A stretch of DNA of 64,000 nucleotides from Candidatus Multivorans sp. GTDB lineage: Bacteria > Acidobacteriota > Thermoanaerobaculia > Multivoradales > Multivoraceae. The DNA lies in the NCBI GenBank assembly GCA_965220845.1, contig CBDCRA010000005.1, forward strand, positions 896,016 through 960,015, given 5' to 3'. A model generated the notes under the pieces. The model was not told where the DNA came from. It saw only the letters and a list, made by a program, of their open reading frames with translations, and ran no database searches. This document shows, in pieces, positions 16,390 through 26,749 of this stretch. Each line of letters begins with the position of its first letter. The first letter of the stretch is position 1. A program made the position numbers and the translations under genes.

Positions 16390-16661
16390 TCCGGTGGGGT
16401 ATCGACCCGTTGAGTCCACTGGCGCCGCCGGCTGGCAGTTCAGTTCCTCCCGGAGGACGGGGCGACGTGGTGGACGTCTCGGGAAGCTGAGGCGCGGCCG
16501 CTTTGAGGCATCTGGTGGCGACAGCCGGGGTGGACGGTCCCTGCCTCGCGGCGCCGTGAAAGCTCCGCGATTGTAGCCCAAAAACAGAGATGAGGCCAGA
16601 TGGCCTGTTACGATCGATCGCTCCGACGAGACACCGCCCTGGATCGAGCGAGGAGTCGACG

Positions 16662-17561
16662 ATGGCGCAGACCGCGACGGCGCAACTCGAAAGGCCGGCA
16701 GCCCGAAGAGAGGCGCGGCCGACACCGGAACGGCAGACCGAGACCCGGCAGCCGTTCGACCTCTCGAACGAGATGGCGGCGACCGTAGAGCAGCTCGGCA
16801 TGGCGGAGAACGTCCACGACATGCAGGAGCAGGGCTACACCATCCTGCGCGAGGTGGCGCCGCTGGAGGTCACGGAGCAGTTGCGGGAAGCCTGCCTGCG
16901 CCTGGCGGAGGAGACGGAAGGGCGGGCGAAGGGCCGTTCCGCCGCGCTTCTGCTCGGTCGCGACCCGATCTTCGAGGATGTCGTCCTCCGGCCGAAGATC
17001 CAGGCCCTCGCCGAGATCATGTGCGGGAAGGGTGCCCTGCTTTCCCAGTTGATCTGCAGCATCCGGCCGCTCGGGGCCGCCAAGCTGCCGTTGCACGCGG
17101 ACCAGAACTGGCTGCCGGCGCCGTTCCCGGTGCACAACCAGCTCCTGACCCTGTGCTGGGCGTGTGACGAGTTCACGGAGGCCGGCGGTTGCACCAAGGT
17201 GATCCCGGGGACTCACCGCCTGCGGCGTCACCCGAACGAGGAGGAAGTCGCCACCGAGCCGGGCGCGATTCCGACGGAATGTCCGGCCGGTTCGGTCGTC
17301 GCGTGGGACGGTTCGGTCTGGCACGGCAACTACCCGCGCGCGATAGCGGGAGAACGGGTCGTGCTGCACATCACGTTCTCCCGGCTGGCTCTGCGCCCGG
17401 TCGAGGACTACGGGCACCTCGACGAGGAGTGGTTGGAGGGCAAGCCCTATCCGCTCAGGGTCATGCTGGGCCGCGAGGATTTCCTGGGCAGCACGACGGT
17501 CGCTCGCGGCCACGCCGACTACACGCACCTGGTACGCACCTTCAACTGGGCGAAGACGTAG
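16662..17561 (+). CDS. phytanoyl-CoA dioxygenase (PhyH) family Fe(II)/2-oxoglutarate-dependent oxygenase
   Basis: RBS GAGGAG 6 nt upstream of ATG 16662. PhyH-like motifs (LHADQ ... WHGNY). Confidence 0.75.
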   Translation: MAQTATAQLERPAARREARPTPERQTETRQPFDLSNEMAATVEQLGMAENVHDMQEQGYTILREVAPLEVTEQLREACLRLAEETEGRAKGRSAALLLGRDPIFEDVVLRPKIQALAEIMCGKGALLSQLICSIRPLGAAKLPLHADQNWLPAPFPVHNQLLTLCWACDEFTEAGGCTKVIPGTHRLRRHPNEEEVATEPGAIPTECPAGSVVAWDGSVWHGNYPRAIAGERVVLHITFSRLALRPVEDYGHLDEEWLEGKPYPLRVMLGREDFLGSTTVARGHADYTHLVRTFNWAKT

Positions 17562-17572
17562 CTCCTGCGCCG

Positions 17573-19828
17573 CTACGGCTGGATCAGGTAGGTGAACTTC
17601 ACCGCGATCTGGCGGTGGGTGCTCTGGCGATAGCGAAGGTCCTCGGCCATCCAGTTCTCGTTGTAGACGACGAACAGGTCGGAGCCCGGTTTGTAGATCC
17701 AGTGCAGGCGGATGTTCGTTCCGAGGTCGCCGGAGTGGTCGTTGTACTGAATGATCGTGTTCAGCCGCAGGTTCGGGGTGAACGTGAAGTTCACGAGCTG
17801 GCTGTAGAGGCCGACGTCGAAGGCGCCCTGGGGCAGCTCGACGTCGTTGTAGACCCAGCGGGTCTCCGTCTGCAGGTTCTTCGAGAGGCGCAGGGTGAAC
17901 GAAACGCGGCCCGAGTTCTGCGTGCCGTTGTAGAAGTCGCCGACGCTGATGCGCCCGCGCAGGCCGAAGAGACGGCTCTGGTTCGTGAACGAGGCGGCTT
18001 CGACGGTGGCGAACTCGTAGCGCCCTGGCGGGATCACGACACCGGGTGACACCTCGAAGGGCTCGACCAGGTTCTCCGTTTCGTGGACGTATCCCATCCG
18101 CCAGCGGTCCTCGGTCGTCATCCGCATGCCGATGGGGGAGATCTCGATCCGCTGGGTTTCCAGCTCGCCGCCGTCGAGCGTCTCGTAGTAGTCGACCAGA
18201 ACCTCGGTGAACCAGGAGCGAACGAACCCGCGTTCGATCCGCGGCAGCCACTGGAACTGCGGGTTCAGGTGACGGACGTTCCGCCGCAGAAGAAAGCCAG
18301 CCTTCGGGTCGTAGTCCTTCTCGATCTCCTGGGCGTCGAGGAAGACGGTGAGGGATCGGCCCTGGTAGTCGAAGTTGAGTCCGTAGGCGGACTCTCCAGC
18401 GTCGGATGATGCGGCGTCGTCGGAACTGGCGGACGGCTCCTCGCTGATGCCGCTGCTGCTCCAGAACCCGCCGAAGATCAGCTTCGACGTCGGCTTGTAG
18501 ACGAAGTCGACCCCGGCGACGCGGTTCGCGAGTTCTCCGTCCGGCGCGGCTTCCGTGAGCATGGCGCCGACGGACGATCGCTCGCCGACGTTCCGCTTCA
18601 GCCGTGCGACGGTGAATGCGTTCGCGGGCAGACCGTTGTCGCCCCGCTCGAGGCCGGCCGTCGCGACGCGGAGCACGCCGATGTCCCAGCCGCCCATTCG
18701 CCCGGTGAGGCGGGCGCCCCAGTCGATCGGCACCTGCCGTCCGGCGTCCAGACCGACGCGCCTCGAGAAGAACGCCTTGAGCACCGGCGGCTCGTAGAAC
18801 CGGCGGTGGGGCGGGCCGAAGTCGAAGATGCCCGCGTTCTCAAGGAAGAAATCGCGCTTCTCCGGAAAGTAGAGCGAGAACCGGGTGAGGTTCGTCTGCA
18901 GTTCGTCGACCTCGACCTCGGCGAAGTCCGTGTTGTAGGTCAGGTCGAGCGCCAGGGAACGGGTCACCCCCCACTTGAGGTCGAGACCGTAGTCGCCGTC
19001 CGTGGCCGGGTCGAGATCGAGGCGGGGATCTTCGCTGACGTCGCCGATCACGTACGGCTTGATCTGAAGCTGTGCCGACTGGCTGAGTCCGGTCAACCCG
19101 GTCAGTTCTCCGGCCATGGACACCCGATGCACGGGCTGGACCTCGGAGCCGACCTGTCCGAGCACGCCGACTTCGCGCGGCAGGCCGGACCAGTGGATCA
19201 TCTCGCGCTTGTGGGCGATGTACCGCTGGACGTTGAACCCCCAGGCGGGAGCGGCCGGATCGAAACGGAGCGTCGAGATCGGGATCGCGATCTCGGCCGT
19301 CCAGCCCTGCGCGGTCTTGCGGGACGCTACGGACCAGATGCCGTCCCACTCCAGGTTCAGGTCGCGCCCTTCGTCGGTGACGAGAGTGTCGGTCCGGGCG
19401 CCGTTCAGGTTCGTCTCGAAGGCGTACGCGTTGCGCCGGTCGTGGAAGGTGTCGAGCAGCAGCATGATCGAATCGTCCTGGTAGATGCGGCTGTCGCGCT
19501 CCATCTCCTTGGCGATGATCGCGTCGGGGTTCGCGTCGAACGCGGTGATCCCGAAGTAGATCGTGCCGTCCGTGAACACGACACGGACCTCCGTCTGCTC
19601 GGTCGCCGGCACGCCGTCGAGCGGCTCGTGCTGCATGAAGTCCGTGCCGACCTCGGATGCCTGCCAGGCGCGGTCGCTGAGGTCGCCGTCGACATTCGGG
19701 CCCTGGTCGACCCGGGTGGCTGCCATCGTCGGGCGCTCGGCGACGGCTTCGGACCGCTCCTGGCTGCCCACGGGGACGCCCGCGAGAAGACCCAGTAGTC
19801 CCACGGTCGCGGGCGCCCTCCGTTTCAC
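17573..19828 (-). CDS. DUF5916 domain protein with N-terminal CBM9-like/DOMON-like domain, secreted
   Basis: Signal peptide, then VDGDLSDRAWQ ... FMQHEPLDG ... VVFTDGTIYFGITAFD, typical of the CBM9-like plus DUF5916 architecture. Confidence 0.7.
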   Translation of the reverse strand: MKRRAPATVGLLGLLAGVPVGSQERSEAVAERPTMAATRVDQGPNVDGDLSDRAWQASEVGTDFMQHEPLDGVPATEQTEVRVVFTDGTIYFGITAFDANPDAIIAKEMERDSRIYQDDSIMLLLDTFHDRRNAYAFETNLNGARTDTLVTDEGRDLNLEWDGIWSVASRKTAQGWTAEIAIPISTLRFDPAAPAWGFNVQRYIAHKREMIHWSGLPREVGVLGQVGSEVQPVHRVSMAGELTGLTGLSQSAQLQIKPYVIGDVSEDPRLDLDPATDGDYGLDLKWGVTRSLALDLTYNTDFAEVEVDELQTNLTRFSLYFPEKRDFFLENAGIFDFGPPHRRFYEPPVLKAFFSRRVGLDAGRQVPIDWGARLTGRMGGWDIGVLRVATAGLERGDNGLPANAFTVARLKRNVGERSSVGAMLTEAAPDGELANRVAGVDFVYKPTSKLIFGGFWSSSGISEEPSASSDDAASSDAGESAYGLNFDYQGRSLTVFLDAQEIEKDYDPKAGFLLRRNVRHLNPQFQWLPRIERGFVRSWFTEVLVDYYETLDGGELETQRIEISPIGMRMTTEDRWRMGYVHETENLVEPFEVSPGVVIPPGRYEFATVEAASFTNQSRLFGLRGRISVGDFYNGTQNSGRVSFTLRLSKNLQTETRWVYNDVELPQGAFDVGLYSQLVNFTFTPNLRLNTIIQYNDHSGDLGTNIRLHWIYKPGSDLFVVYNENWMAEDLRYRQSTHRQIAVKFTYLIQP

Positions 19829-19893
19829 GGGGCGGAGGCTAGCAGCAGCGTTCTTCGGACGACCCGTCTCGCGCTGCGGTAACGTGCGCGGCC

Positions 19894-21198
19894 ATGCCCG
19901 ACGAACCTCGCCCCGACCTGCTGCAGTTGGCCGAGCGGGCTTGGCGCGGAGAACTGGATCTCCGGTTCGAGCACCACCCGGTCCACCGCTACTACCCGGG
20001 CTCGTGCCGCATCGCCGACGACCTGCTCGCTTTCAAGGGCATCGCCGGCTTCTATGTCGTCGACACGGGAGACGGCCTGGTGATGCTGGACGCCGGCCAT
20101 CTGCTCGACGTGAAGCGCTGTTTCGAGGGTGTGCGTCGCGTTTGGCCCGAAACTCCGGTCGTCGCCGCGATCTACTCGCACCACCACGTGGATCACGTGT
20201 TCTCGGTGACCGCATTCGACACCGAGGCGGAGGAGCGGGGCTGGCCGCGGCCGACGGTCTATGCCCACGAACGGGTGCCGGCTCACTTCGACCGCTACCG
20301 GGCGACCCTGGGCTGGAACACGGCGATCAACCGCCGCCAGTTCGCGATCGACGCGCCGCACTACCGCTGGCCCGACAGTTACCGGTATCCGGATGTCCTC
20401 TACCGGCGGAGCATGACCTTCCGGCGCGGCGAGCTCACCTTCGAACTCACCCACGGCCGGGGCGAGACGGACGACATCACCTGGACCTGGATACCCGAGC
20501 GTCGCATCCTGCATACGGGCGACCTGTTCATCTGGGCGGTGCCGAACGCCGGCAACCCGCAGAAGGTCCAGCGATACGTCGGCGACTGGGCCGACAGCCT
20601 GGAGCGGATGGCGCCGCTTGGCGCCGAGATCCTCCTCCCGGGGCACGGCTTGCCGATCCTGGGCGCCGGCCGGGTGCGGCGCGCTCTGGACGGCACGGCG
20701 CGCTACATGCGGTCGATCGAAGAGCAGAGCGTCGCGGCGATGAACCGGGGCCTGAGCCTGGACCAGGTGGTCGAGGCGGTGACGCCTCCGGCCGACCTCG
20801 CGGACGAGCCCTATCTGCAGCCGGTGTACGACGATCCGAGCTTCCTCGTGCGGATGGTCTGGCGGCGATACGGCGGCTGGTGGGACGGCGAGTTCGACAA
20901 CATCGTGCCGGCCACGAAGAGGGAGCAGGCCGAAGCCTGGGTCGAACTTGCCGGCGGCGTGGAGCAGGTGATCGAGGCGGCGCGGGCCGAGTCCGCCGCC
21001 GGCCGCCACGCGGTGGCGTGCCACTTGATCGAGGCTGCCCGGCACGCGGCGCCGGGCAGCGCGGAGGTTCACCAGGCGCGCGCCTCGGTCTATCGCGCGA
21101 ATGCCGAGGCGCAGCCTTCGTCGATGGCGCGGAACATCCTGAACCACGCGGCGCTGGCCAGCGACCAGGGCCGGCGGGATCTCGCCTCGGATGAGTGA
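19894..21198 (+). CDS. MBL-fold alkyl/aryl-sulfatase-like hydrolase (SdsA1-like MBL + dimerisation domains, no SCP2 tail)
   Basis: HxHxDH motif (YSHHHVDHVF). Alkyl-sulfatase dimerisation-like segment (YLQPVYDDPSFLVRMVWRRYGGWWDG). Confidence 0.75.
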   Translation: MPDEPRPDLLQLAERAWRGELDLRFEHHPVHRYYPGSCRIADDLLAFKGIAGFYVVDTGDGLVMLDAGHLLDVKRCFEGVRRVWPETPVVAAIYSHHHVDHVFSVTAFDTEAEERGWPRPTVYAHERVPAHFDRYRATLGWNTAINRRQFAIDAPHYRWPDSYRYPDVLYRRSMTFRRGELTFELTHGRGETDDITWTWIPERRILHTGDLFIWAVPNAGNPQKVQRYVGDWADSLERMAPLGAEILLPGHGLPILGAGRVRRALDGTARYMRSIEEQSVAAMNRGLSLDQVVEAVTPPADLADEPYLQPVYDDPSFLVRMVWRRYGGWWDGEFDNIVPATKREQAEAWVELAGGVEQVIEAARAESAAGRHAVACHLIEAARHAAPGSAEVHQARASVYRANAEAQPSSMARNILNHAALASDQGRRDLASDE

Positions 21199-21733
21199 CG
21201 CCGCCTCCACCGGCGCGCAGACCGATGGGGTGGTGAACGCGAACCGCGGCCTCGCCGGCGGCGCCGTGGCGACGGCCGGCGCCTTGTGGGCGGTGGGCGG
21301 GATCGTCGGCCTGCTGGTGTGGGCGGTCTACCGGCTCGCCAGGATCTCGATCGCGGCCTTCGACCATCCGTTCGCCTGGTATCACTGGGCTTCGCTGCTC
21401 GCGATCATTCCCTTCATGGCCTGGTCCGAGGGATTCCGCGGCTTCCAGTTGCGGTTCTCGCCGCGGGTGGCCGAGCGGGCGATGACGGTGCGCAACCAGC
21501 CGACGCTTCGGCGGGTCGTGCTCGCGCCGCTGTTCGCGGCTGGTTACTTCGAAGGCACGCGGAGGGAAAGGCTTGGCGTCTGGCTCGGTACCGCCGGCAT
21601 CCTGGTGCTGATCGTGATCGTCCACCGGCTGGATCAGCCGTGGCGGGGCATCCTCGACGCCGGCGTCGTCGTGGGCCTGTCCTGGGGGACGATTGCGACG
21701 CTGGCGCTCAGCGTGCGCGCCTGGCGCAGTTGA
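21191..21733 (+). CDS. integral membrane protein of unknown function
   Basis: 180 aa with 4-5 TM helices. Start overlaps the stop of the upstream sulfatase-like gene by 8 nt. Confidence 0.5.
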   Translation: MSDAASTGAQTDGVVNANRGLAGGAVATAGALWAVGGIVGLLVWAVYRLARISIAAFDHPFAWYHWASLLAIIPFMAWSEGFRGFQLRFSPRVAERAMTVRNQPTLRRVVLAPLFAAGYFEGTRRERLGVWLGTAGILVLIVIVHRLDQPWRGILDAGVVVGLSWGTIATLALSVRAWRS

Positions 21734-21844
21734 ACTGGCCGCTTGCTGGGTGCGCGGGTCTTCTGACCCGCTGCCGCCGCAGGCGGCCAGAGAAACGGGC
21801 CGGCCGTCAGGCCGGCTCCGCTTGGGCGGCCAGTTCAACTGCGC
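21724..21844. terminator. bidirectional terminator: 121-nt element bounded by a perfect 19-bp inverted repeat between convergent genes
   Basis: GCGCAGTTGAACTGGCCGC (21724-21742) pairs with GCGGCCAGTTCAACTGCGC (21826-21844). Inner hairpin GCCGGCC-GTCA-GGCCGGC. The left arm overlaps the stop of the + gene and the right arm ends 6 nt before the stop of the - gene. Confidence 0.6.
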
Positions 21845-21850
21845 TAGCAG

Positions 21851-24064
21851 CTAGGGCTCGATCGTCTTCAGGATGAAGCGGGCCATCGTCTCGCGCAAGT
21901 GGAGCGAGAGGTCCGGGTCCGAGATGCCGTGGCGTGACTTCGGGTAGAGCATCATCTCGAAGGGCTTGCCGGCCTTCTGGAGCTTCCAGGCCAGCTGCAG
22001 GGTGTTCTGCATGTGGACGTTGTCGTCCATCGTGCCGTGGATGATCAGCAGGTCGCCGTGGAGGTCCCCGGCGGACTCGAGCACGGAGGTCCGCTCGTAG
22101 CCGTCCGGGTTGTCGTCCGGAGTCGACATGTAGCGCTCGGTGTAGATCGAGTCGTAGGCGCGCCAGTCGACGACGCTGCCGCCGGCGATACCGGCGCGGA
22201 AACGGTCGGAACGGGTGAGCGCGAAGAGCGTCATGTAGCCGCCGAAGCTCCAGCCGTCGAGGCCGATCCGCTCCTTGTCGACCCACGGCTTCGCGCCGAG
22301 CCAGTCGACGGCTTCGACCAGATCGATGAGCTCCTGCTCGCCGAAATTCCGGTACACCGGCCAGGTCGACTCGACGCCCTTGCCCGAGGCGATCCGGTTG
22401 TCGACGACGAGAACGACGATTCCCTGCTGCGCCAGGTACTGGAACCACATGCCGCGGGACCCCTGCCAGCCGTCGCGGACCTGCTGGGCGTGGGGCCCGC
22501 CGTAGACGTGAACCCAGGCCGGGTAGACCCGGTCGGGATCGAAGCCGTGCGGCCGGATCAGCATTGCCGCCAGGTCGACGCCGTCGCTGGTCTCGATGGT
22601 CAGGAGCTCCGGTTTCGAGATGTCGAAGCGCTCCATGTCGGGTACGTCGCCGCCGCCGAGGTCGCGGACAGTCTCGCCCCCGGCGCTTCGCAGCGTCATC
22701 GTCGTCGGTGTGTGAAGGTCGTTCGACGTGGCGACCCAGTGGCTGACGGGGCCCTCGTCCGGGAAGTTGCCACGGTGACTGCCGGTCGCCTGGGTGAGCA
22801 GGGCTGGGCTCGCTCCCTCGAGCGCCACGCGCAGCACGTCGGCGCCGAGCGCTGAACGGTACGTTCCCGAGACGTAGGCTGCGCCCGCGTCCTCGTCGAC
22901 CGCAAGCAGGGAGCGGACTTCCCAGCGGCCGTCGGTGAGCGGCCGGACCAGCTTGCCCTCCTGGTCGTAGCGGTACAGATGCTGGAACCCGGTCCGTTCG
23001 CTGAACCAAAGGAAACCGCCCTCCTTCAGGAAGTGGGGCGGGCCGAGCACGTTGACCCAGGCGTGGGACTCCTCGCGCAGCACGCGCTCCGATTCGCCGG
23101 TGTCGGGGTCGGCGCGATGCAGGTCGAGGAAGGTCTGCCGGCGATCCTGGACCTGGTACCAGACGTCGCCGTCAGGGGAAAAGGCGACGTTCACGATCAG
23201 GATCTCCGAGTGTCCGTACAGGCCCGGATCGATCCACGTGATGCCCCCGCCGCTGGCCTTCGCGACTCCCAGCCGGACGCGCGGGTTCGGGTCTCCGGCC
23301 TTGGGGTAAGGGTAGACCTCGAGCGGCGGCCGGAAGGGGACGTGATCGACGACGGTGAATCGGGGCACGTCGCGCTCGTCGCTCTGCAGGAACGCGATGC
23401 CGCGGCTGTCCGGACTCCACCAATGGGCCTGGTAGTTGCCGCGGCCGTAGATCTCCTCCTGGTAGACCCAGTCGAGCTTGCCGTTGAGCGTGTTCTCGCC
23501 GCCGCCCGTGGTCAGGCGAAGCTCGTTGCCTCCCAGGTCCACGACGTACAGGTCCGCGTCGCGGACGAAGGCGACACGGCGGCCGTCCGGCGAAAAGCGG
23601 GCGAGTTCCTCGGTCTCCGGACCCCGGGTGAGCCGGGTGAGCGTCTCGTCGTCGAAACTCCAGACGGACAGGTCCGAGGCGAGGTCGAGCAACAGGCGGT
23701 CCGCGGCCGGCGACAGCCGAAGAGCCCCGGGCCGCGCCCGTGACGCCGCGTCCTCAGCGCTCAGGTCCAGTTGCTCCCGGAGCGCGGTTGCCAGGGGCCC
23801 CGGGTCGTAGAACGGGCGGCTATCGCCCGACGCCGCGTCCACGGCCGTCCAGGACCAGCCATCCTCGCCGTCCTTCCCCGAGAGGTACTCCTCGCCGCCG
23901 GGCAGCCATCGGAGCCGCGGCAGCTCGGGCGAGAAGTCGAGCGCCTCCGGCCCGTAGATGTGATGGATCTCCAGGGGCTCCTTCTGCGCGGCTGCAGGGT
24001 GGAGGGCGAGAAGGACGAGGAGAACGAACGTGCCTGGGGCCCGACGGCGGAAGATGTTGAGCAT
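21851..24064 (-). CDS. S9 family peptidase, dipeptidyl-peptidase IV-like (DPP-IV N-terminal propeller + prolyl oligopeptidase catalytic domain)
   Basis: Signal peptide. Catalytic GWSFGG. Characteristic S9B C-terminal domain (HGTMDDNVHMQN). Confidence 0.85.
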   Translation of the reverse strand: MLNIFRRRAPGTFVLLVLLALHPAAAQKEPLEIHHIYGPEALDFSPELPRLRWLPGGEEYLSGKDGEDGWSWTAVDAASGDSRPFYDPGPLATALREQLDLSAEDAASRARPGALRLSPAADRLLLDLASDLSVWSFDDETLTRLTRGPETEELARFSPDGRRVAFVRDADLYVVDLGGNELRLTTGGGENTLNGKLDWVYQEEIYGRGNYQAHWWSPDSRGIAFLQSDERDVPRFTVVDHVPFRPPLEVYPYPKAGDPNPRVRLGVAKASGGGITWIDPGLYGHSEILIVNVAFSPDGDVWYQVQDRRQTFLDLHRADPDTGESERVLREESHAWVNVLGPPHFLKEGGFLWFSERTGFQHLYRYDQEGKLVRPLTDGRWEVRSLLAVDEDAGAAYVSGTYRSALGADVLRVALEGASPALLTQATGSHRGNFPDEGPVSHWVATSNDLHTPTTMTLRSAGGETVRDLGGGDVPDMERFDISKPELLTIETSDGVDLAAMLIRPHGFDPDRVYPAWVHVYGGPHAQQVRDGWQGSRGMWFQYLAQQGIVVLVVDNRIASGKGVESTWPVYRNFGEQELIDLVEAVDWLGAKPWVDKERIGLDGWSFGGYMTLFALTRSDRFRAGIAGGSVVDWRAYDSIYTERYMSTPDDNPDGYERTSVLESAGDLHGDLLIIHGTMDDNVHMQNTLQLAWKLQKAGKPFEMMLYPKSRHGISDPDLSLHLRETMARFILKTIEP

Positions 24065-24133
24065 CCCCGAACAGTAACGGAGCCGGTCCTCGGGATCCGA
24101 GGCATGACGGTTCTCCCGGTGGCGGTTCCGCCT

Positions 24134-24967
24134 TTAGAACTCGAACTCCAGCAGCACGTCCACGCTCTGGCCTTCCGCCGTGACGGTGAACCGGTTCATG
24201 CCGTGCCGGAAGTGCTCGGCCAGTTCCTGGAAGTCGACCTCGCCCATCCCGTCGACGAGGTGGATCTCGATCCATCGAATCGTCTGGCCGTTGACGGCGG
24301 TGACGTGGGCCTCGGCGGTCTCGGCTTCCAGTCCGTAGAACTGGAGAGGCAGAGTAGCGAGGCGGACCTCGGGGTCGATGCTGTCGTACGGGATGCTCAC
24401 TTCGAATCCCGGGATGTCGGCGCGCAGAACCGGGAGATCCCGCGCTGCCACGACGTCCACTTCGGCTGGAGCCGCGGTCTGGGCGTCGAAGATGACGCCG
24501 CGGCTCAGGTGCGCCTGCTTGCCCTTGATCAGGATGAAGGGCCAGGCGATGACCTTGGCCAGGACCGCGGCGGTCACGAAGCGGCCCCTGCCGGAGCGAT
24601 CGTAGCCGCCGGCGAGGCGGATCGACGTGTCGTCCACCGCGGCGACGGTGTTCGCGTCGACCTCGAGTCGGCCCCGGATGCCGGCGATCTTGGCCCGCCG
24701 CGCCTTGCTGACTTCGGACCAGACCACGGTACCCGCTTCGATGACGACGCGGCCGTCGATCACGACATCCTCGGCGACCTTGGCGCGGACGCGGTCTCCC
24801 AGCCGGACGAAGTTGCTTGATTTCTTCTTCGTCGAGAGGCTCTCGTCGAGGACGCAGTAGACGGTCGTGCCTGCCGGGATTCGGACCGTTTCGGCCATGG
24901 CGAGAGCCGGCAGGGTGAAGAACAACAGGGCAACGACGGCGGCTCGGAAGATGGTGGCGTGACGCAT
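24134..24967 (-). CDS. secreted hypothetical protein
   Basis: Start ATG 24967 (MRHATIFRAAVVALLFFTLPALAMA) with GGAGGT upstream. No recognisable domain. Confidence 0.5.
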   Translation of the reverse strand: MRHATIFRAAVVALLFFTLPALAMAETVRIPAGTTVYCVLDESLSTKKKSSNFVRLGDRVRAKVAEDVVIDGRVVIEAGTVVWSEVSKARRAKIAGIRGRLEVDANTVAAVDDTSIRLAGGYDRSGRGRFVTAAVLAKVIAWPFILIKGKQAHLSRGVIFDAQTAAPAEVDVVAARDLPVLRADIPGFEVSIPYDSIDPEVRLATLPLQFYGLEAETAEAHVTAVNGQTIRWIEIHLVDGMGEVDFQELAEHFRHGMNRFTVTAEGQSVDVLLEFEF

Positions 24968-25145
24968 GGGAGATGACCTCCGGGGTTGTCGATTACGTAC
25001 TAGCAGTACGGCGGACGGCTGTGACCGGTTTCGTGTGCCAGTTTCGTGCCAGCCGCCCGCCCGGTGACGCGCACGGACTGGTTCACGAGCGGCGTCAACT
25101 CGCGCCACCCGCGTCGTGGGCGGGTGATACGGTCAGCCGTTCCCA

Positions 25146-26717
25146 ATGAGTTTGATCGTCTGGTCCTGGCTGTTCCTGGCCGTCTACATGGGCGGCATGC
25201 TGGCCTTCGGGCTGATCGGGCGGAACCGGGTTCATGGCGCCGACGACTTCGCGACGGCGCGGGCGGCCTATGGCCCTTTCTTCCTCGCCCTCGCATTCGC
25301 CGCAACGACCGCGAGCGGGGCGACGTTCCTGGGGTTCCCGGGGCTCGCCTACGAGCACGGGACCGCGGCGCTGCTGTCGGCGGTTCTCTACCCGGCCGGC
25401 GTGTACCTTGGCGTGCTGATCTGCATGCGGCTGGTGGCGAACGTGGGCGACCGGTTCGGCTCGCGCTCGATCCCGGAGTTCCTGGGGGACCGGTACCAGT
25501 CGGACGGCATTCGCGTGATCGTCACCGTGGCGTCCCTGCTCCTGTTCTTCTACCTGGCCGGCCAACTCCTGTCGGGCCTGGTCATGTTCGAGACGATGCT
25601 CGGGCTTTCGCCGGCCTGGGCGCTCGGGATCACGGCCGTCGTGCTGATGGTCTACGTGTCGCTGGGCGGCGCCCACGCGGACATCCTCACCGACGGCGTC
25701 CAGGGCTTCCTGATGCTGCTGATCGGCGTGCTGGTCGTCCTCCTGTTCCTCTTCGGCGCCGGCCTGGACGGCGGCTTCGGCACGGTCATCTCGAACATTC
25801 GCGGACAGGACCCGAACCAGGTCGGCTGGATCAACCGCTCGACGCCGCTCTACCACTCCTGGTGGTCGCAGCTGGCGGTGCTGTTAGCCCACATTCCGCT
25901 CGGACTGCTGCCGCACATCGGCAACAAGATCTGGGCGCTCAAGACCGGCAAGTCCCGTTTCACCTTCCTGCGTTTCGCTTCCGTCTTCGGCGTCACCCTG
26001 GGCATGCTGGGCCTCGGCGGCGCGCTGGCCCGGGCGGTGCTCGGCGGCCGCCTGTACGAAGAGGGATCGACGCCGAACGAGGCGCTGCCGGCACTGTTCA
26101 TCGAGCTTTTCCCGGCCTGGCTGGCCGCGCTGATCGGCGTCGGCATCCTGTCGGCGGTCATGTCGACGGCGGATGGACTCGTCGTGTCGTCGTCCCAGAT
26201 CGTGGCGAACGATCTCTACCGGCGGACGATCGCGCCGCGCTTCCACTCGCACCTGAGCGAGGAGCGGCTCGACCGGCGGGTGCTGGTCATCAGCCGCTGG
26301 GCGACGGTGGGCGTCATGGTCGTCTGCGTGACGATGGCCTGGATGCTGATGGACATGAACATAGCCATCCTGGTCTGGACCGGGAACGGCGGCATGATGG
26401 CGGCCTTCGCGGGTCCGCTGGTGCTCGGCGCGCTGTGGAGCGGCGTGACGCGCACCGGCGCCTACACGGGGTTGATCGTGGGCTTGAGTTCGTTCCTGAT
26501 CCTGCACACCGGCGTCATCGATCCGGCCTGGTTCGAGGGCAGCTTCCTGCACCCGGTGTTCTCGTGGCTGCACGGTGAAGCGCCGAACCCGACCTCCTGC
26601 GCGGCGCTGGCCGGACTGTTCGCGATGGCTTGCACGGCGGCGGTGTCGCTGGCGACGAAGCCGCTGCCCGAGGCCCACGTCGGGTCGCTGTTCCGGCGCG
26701 TGCCGGCGACGGACTGA
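25146..26717 (+). CDS. sodium:solute symporter family (SSS) transporter
   Basis: 13-14 TM helices. Typical SSF N-terminal region (GRNRVHGADDFATARAAYGPFFLALAFAATTASGATFLG). Confidence 0.85.
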   Translation: MSLIVWSWLFLAVYMGGMLAFGLIGRNRVHGADDFATARAAYGPFFLALAFAATTASGATFLGFPGLAYEHGTAALLSAVLYPAGVYLGVLICMRLVANVGDRFGSRSIPEFLGDRYQSDGIRVIVTVASLLLFFYLAGQLLSGLVMFETMLGLSPAWALGITAVVLMVYVSLGGAHADILTDGVQGFLMLLIGVLVVLLFLFGAGLDGGFGTVISNIRGQDPNQVGWINRSTPLYHSWWSQLAVLLAHIPLGLLPHIGNKIWALKTGKSRFTFLRFASVFGVTLGMLGLGGALARAVLGGRLYEEGSTPNEALPALFIELFPAWLAALIGVGILSAVMSTADGLVVSSSQIVANDLYRRTIAPRFHSHLSEERLDRRVLVISRWATVGVMVVCVTMAWMLMDMNIAILVWTGNGGMMAAFAGPLVLGALWSGVTRTGAYTGLIVGLSSFLILHTGVIDPAWFEGSFLHPVFSWLHGEAPNPTSCAALAGLFAMACTAAVSLATKPLPEAHVGSLFRRVPATD

Positions 26718-26749
26718 GTCCGCGTAGTATCCGCCGCCGGAGGAACGCC

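Noticed and set aside
16608-18251. 547-aa minus-strand ORF
   Set aside because: Overlaps the PhyH (+) and DUF5916 (-) genes out of frame. Low-complexity R-rich.
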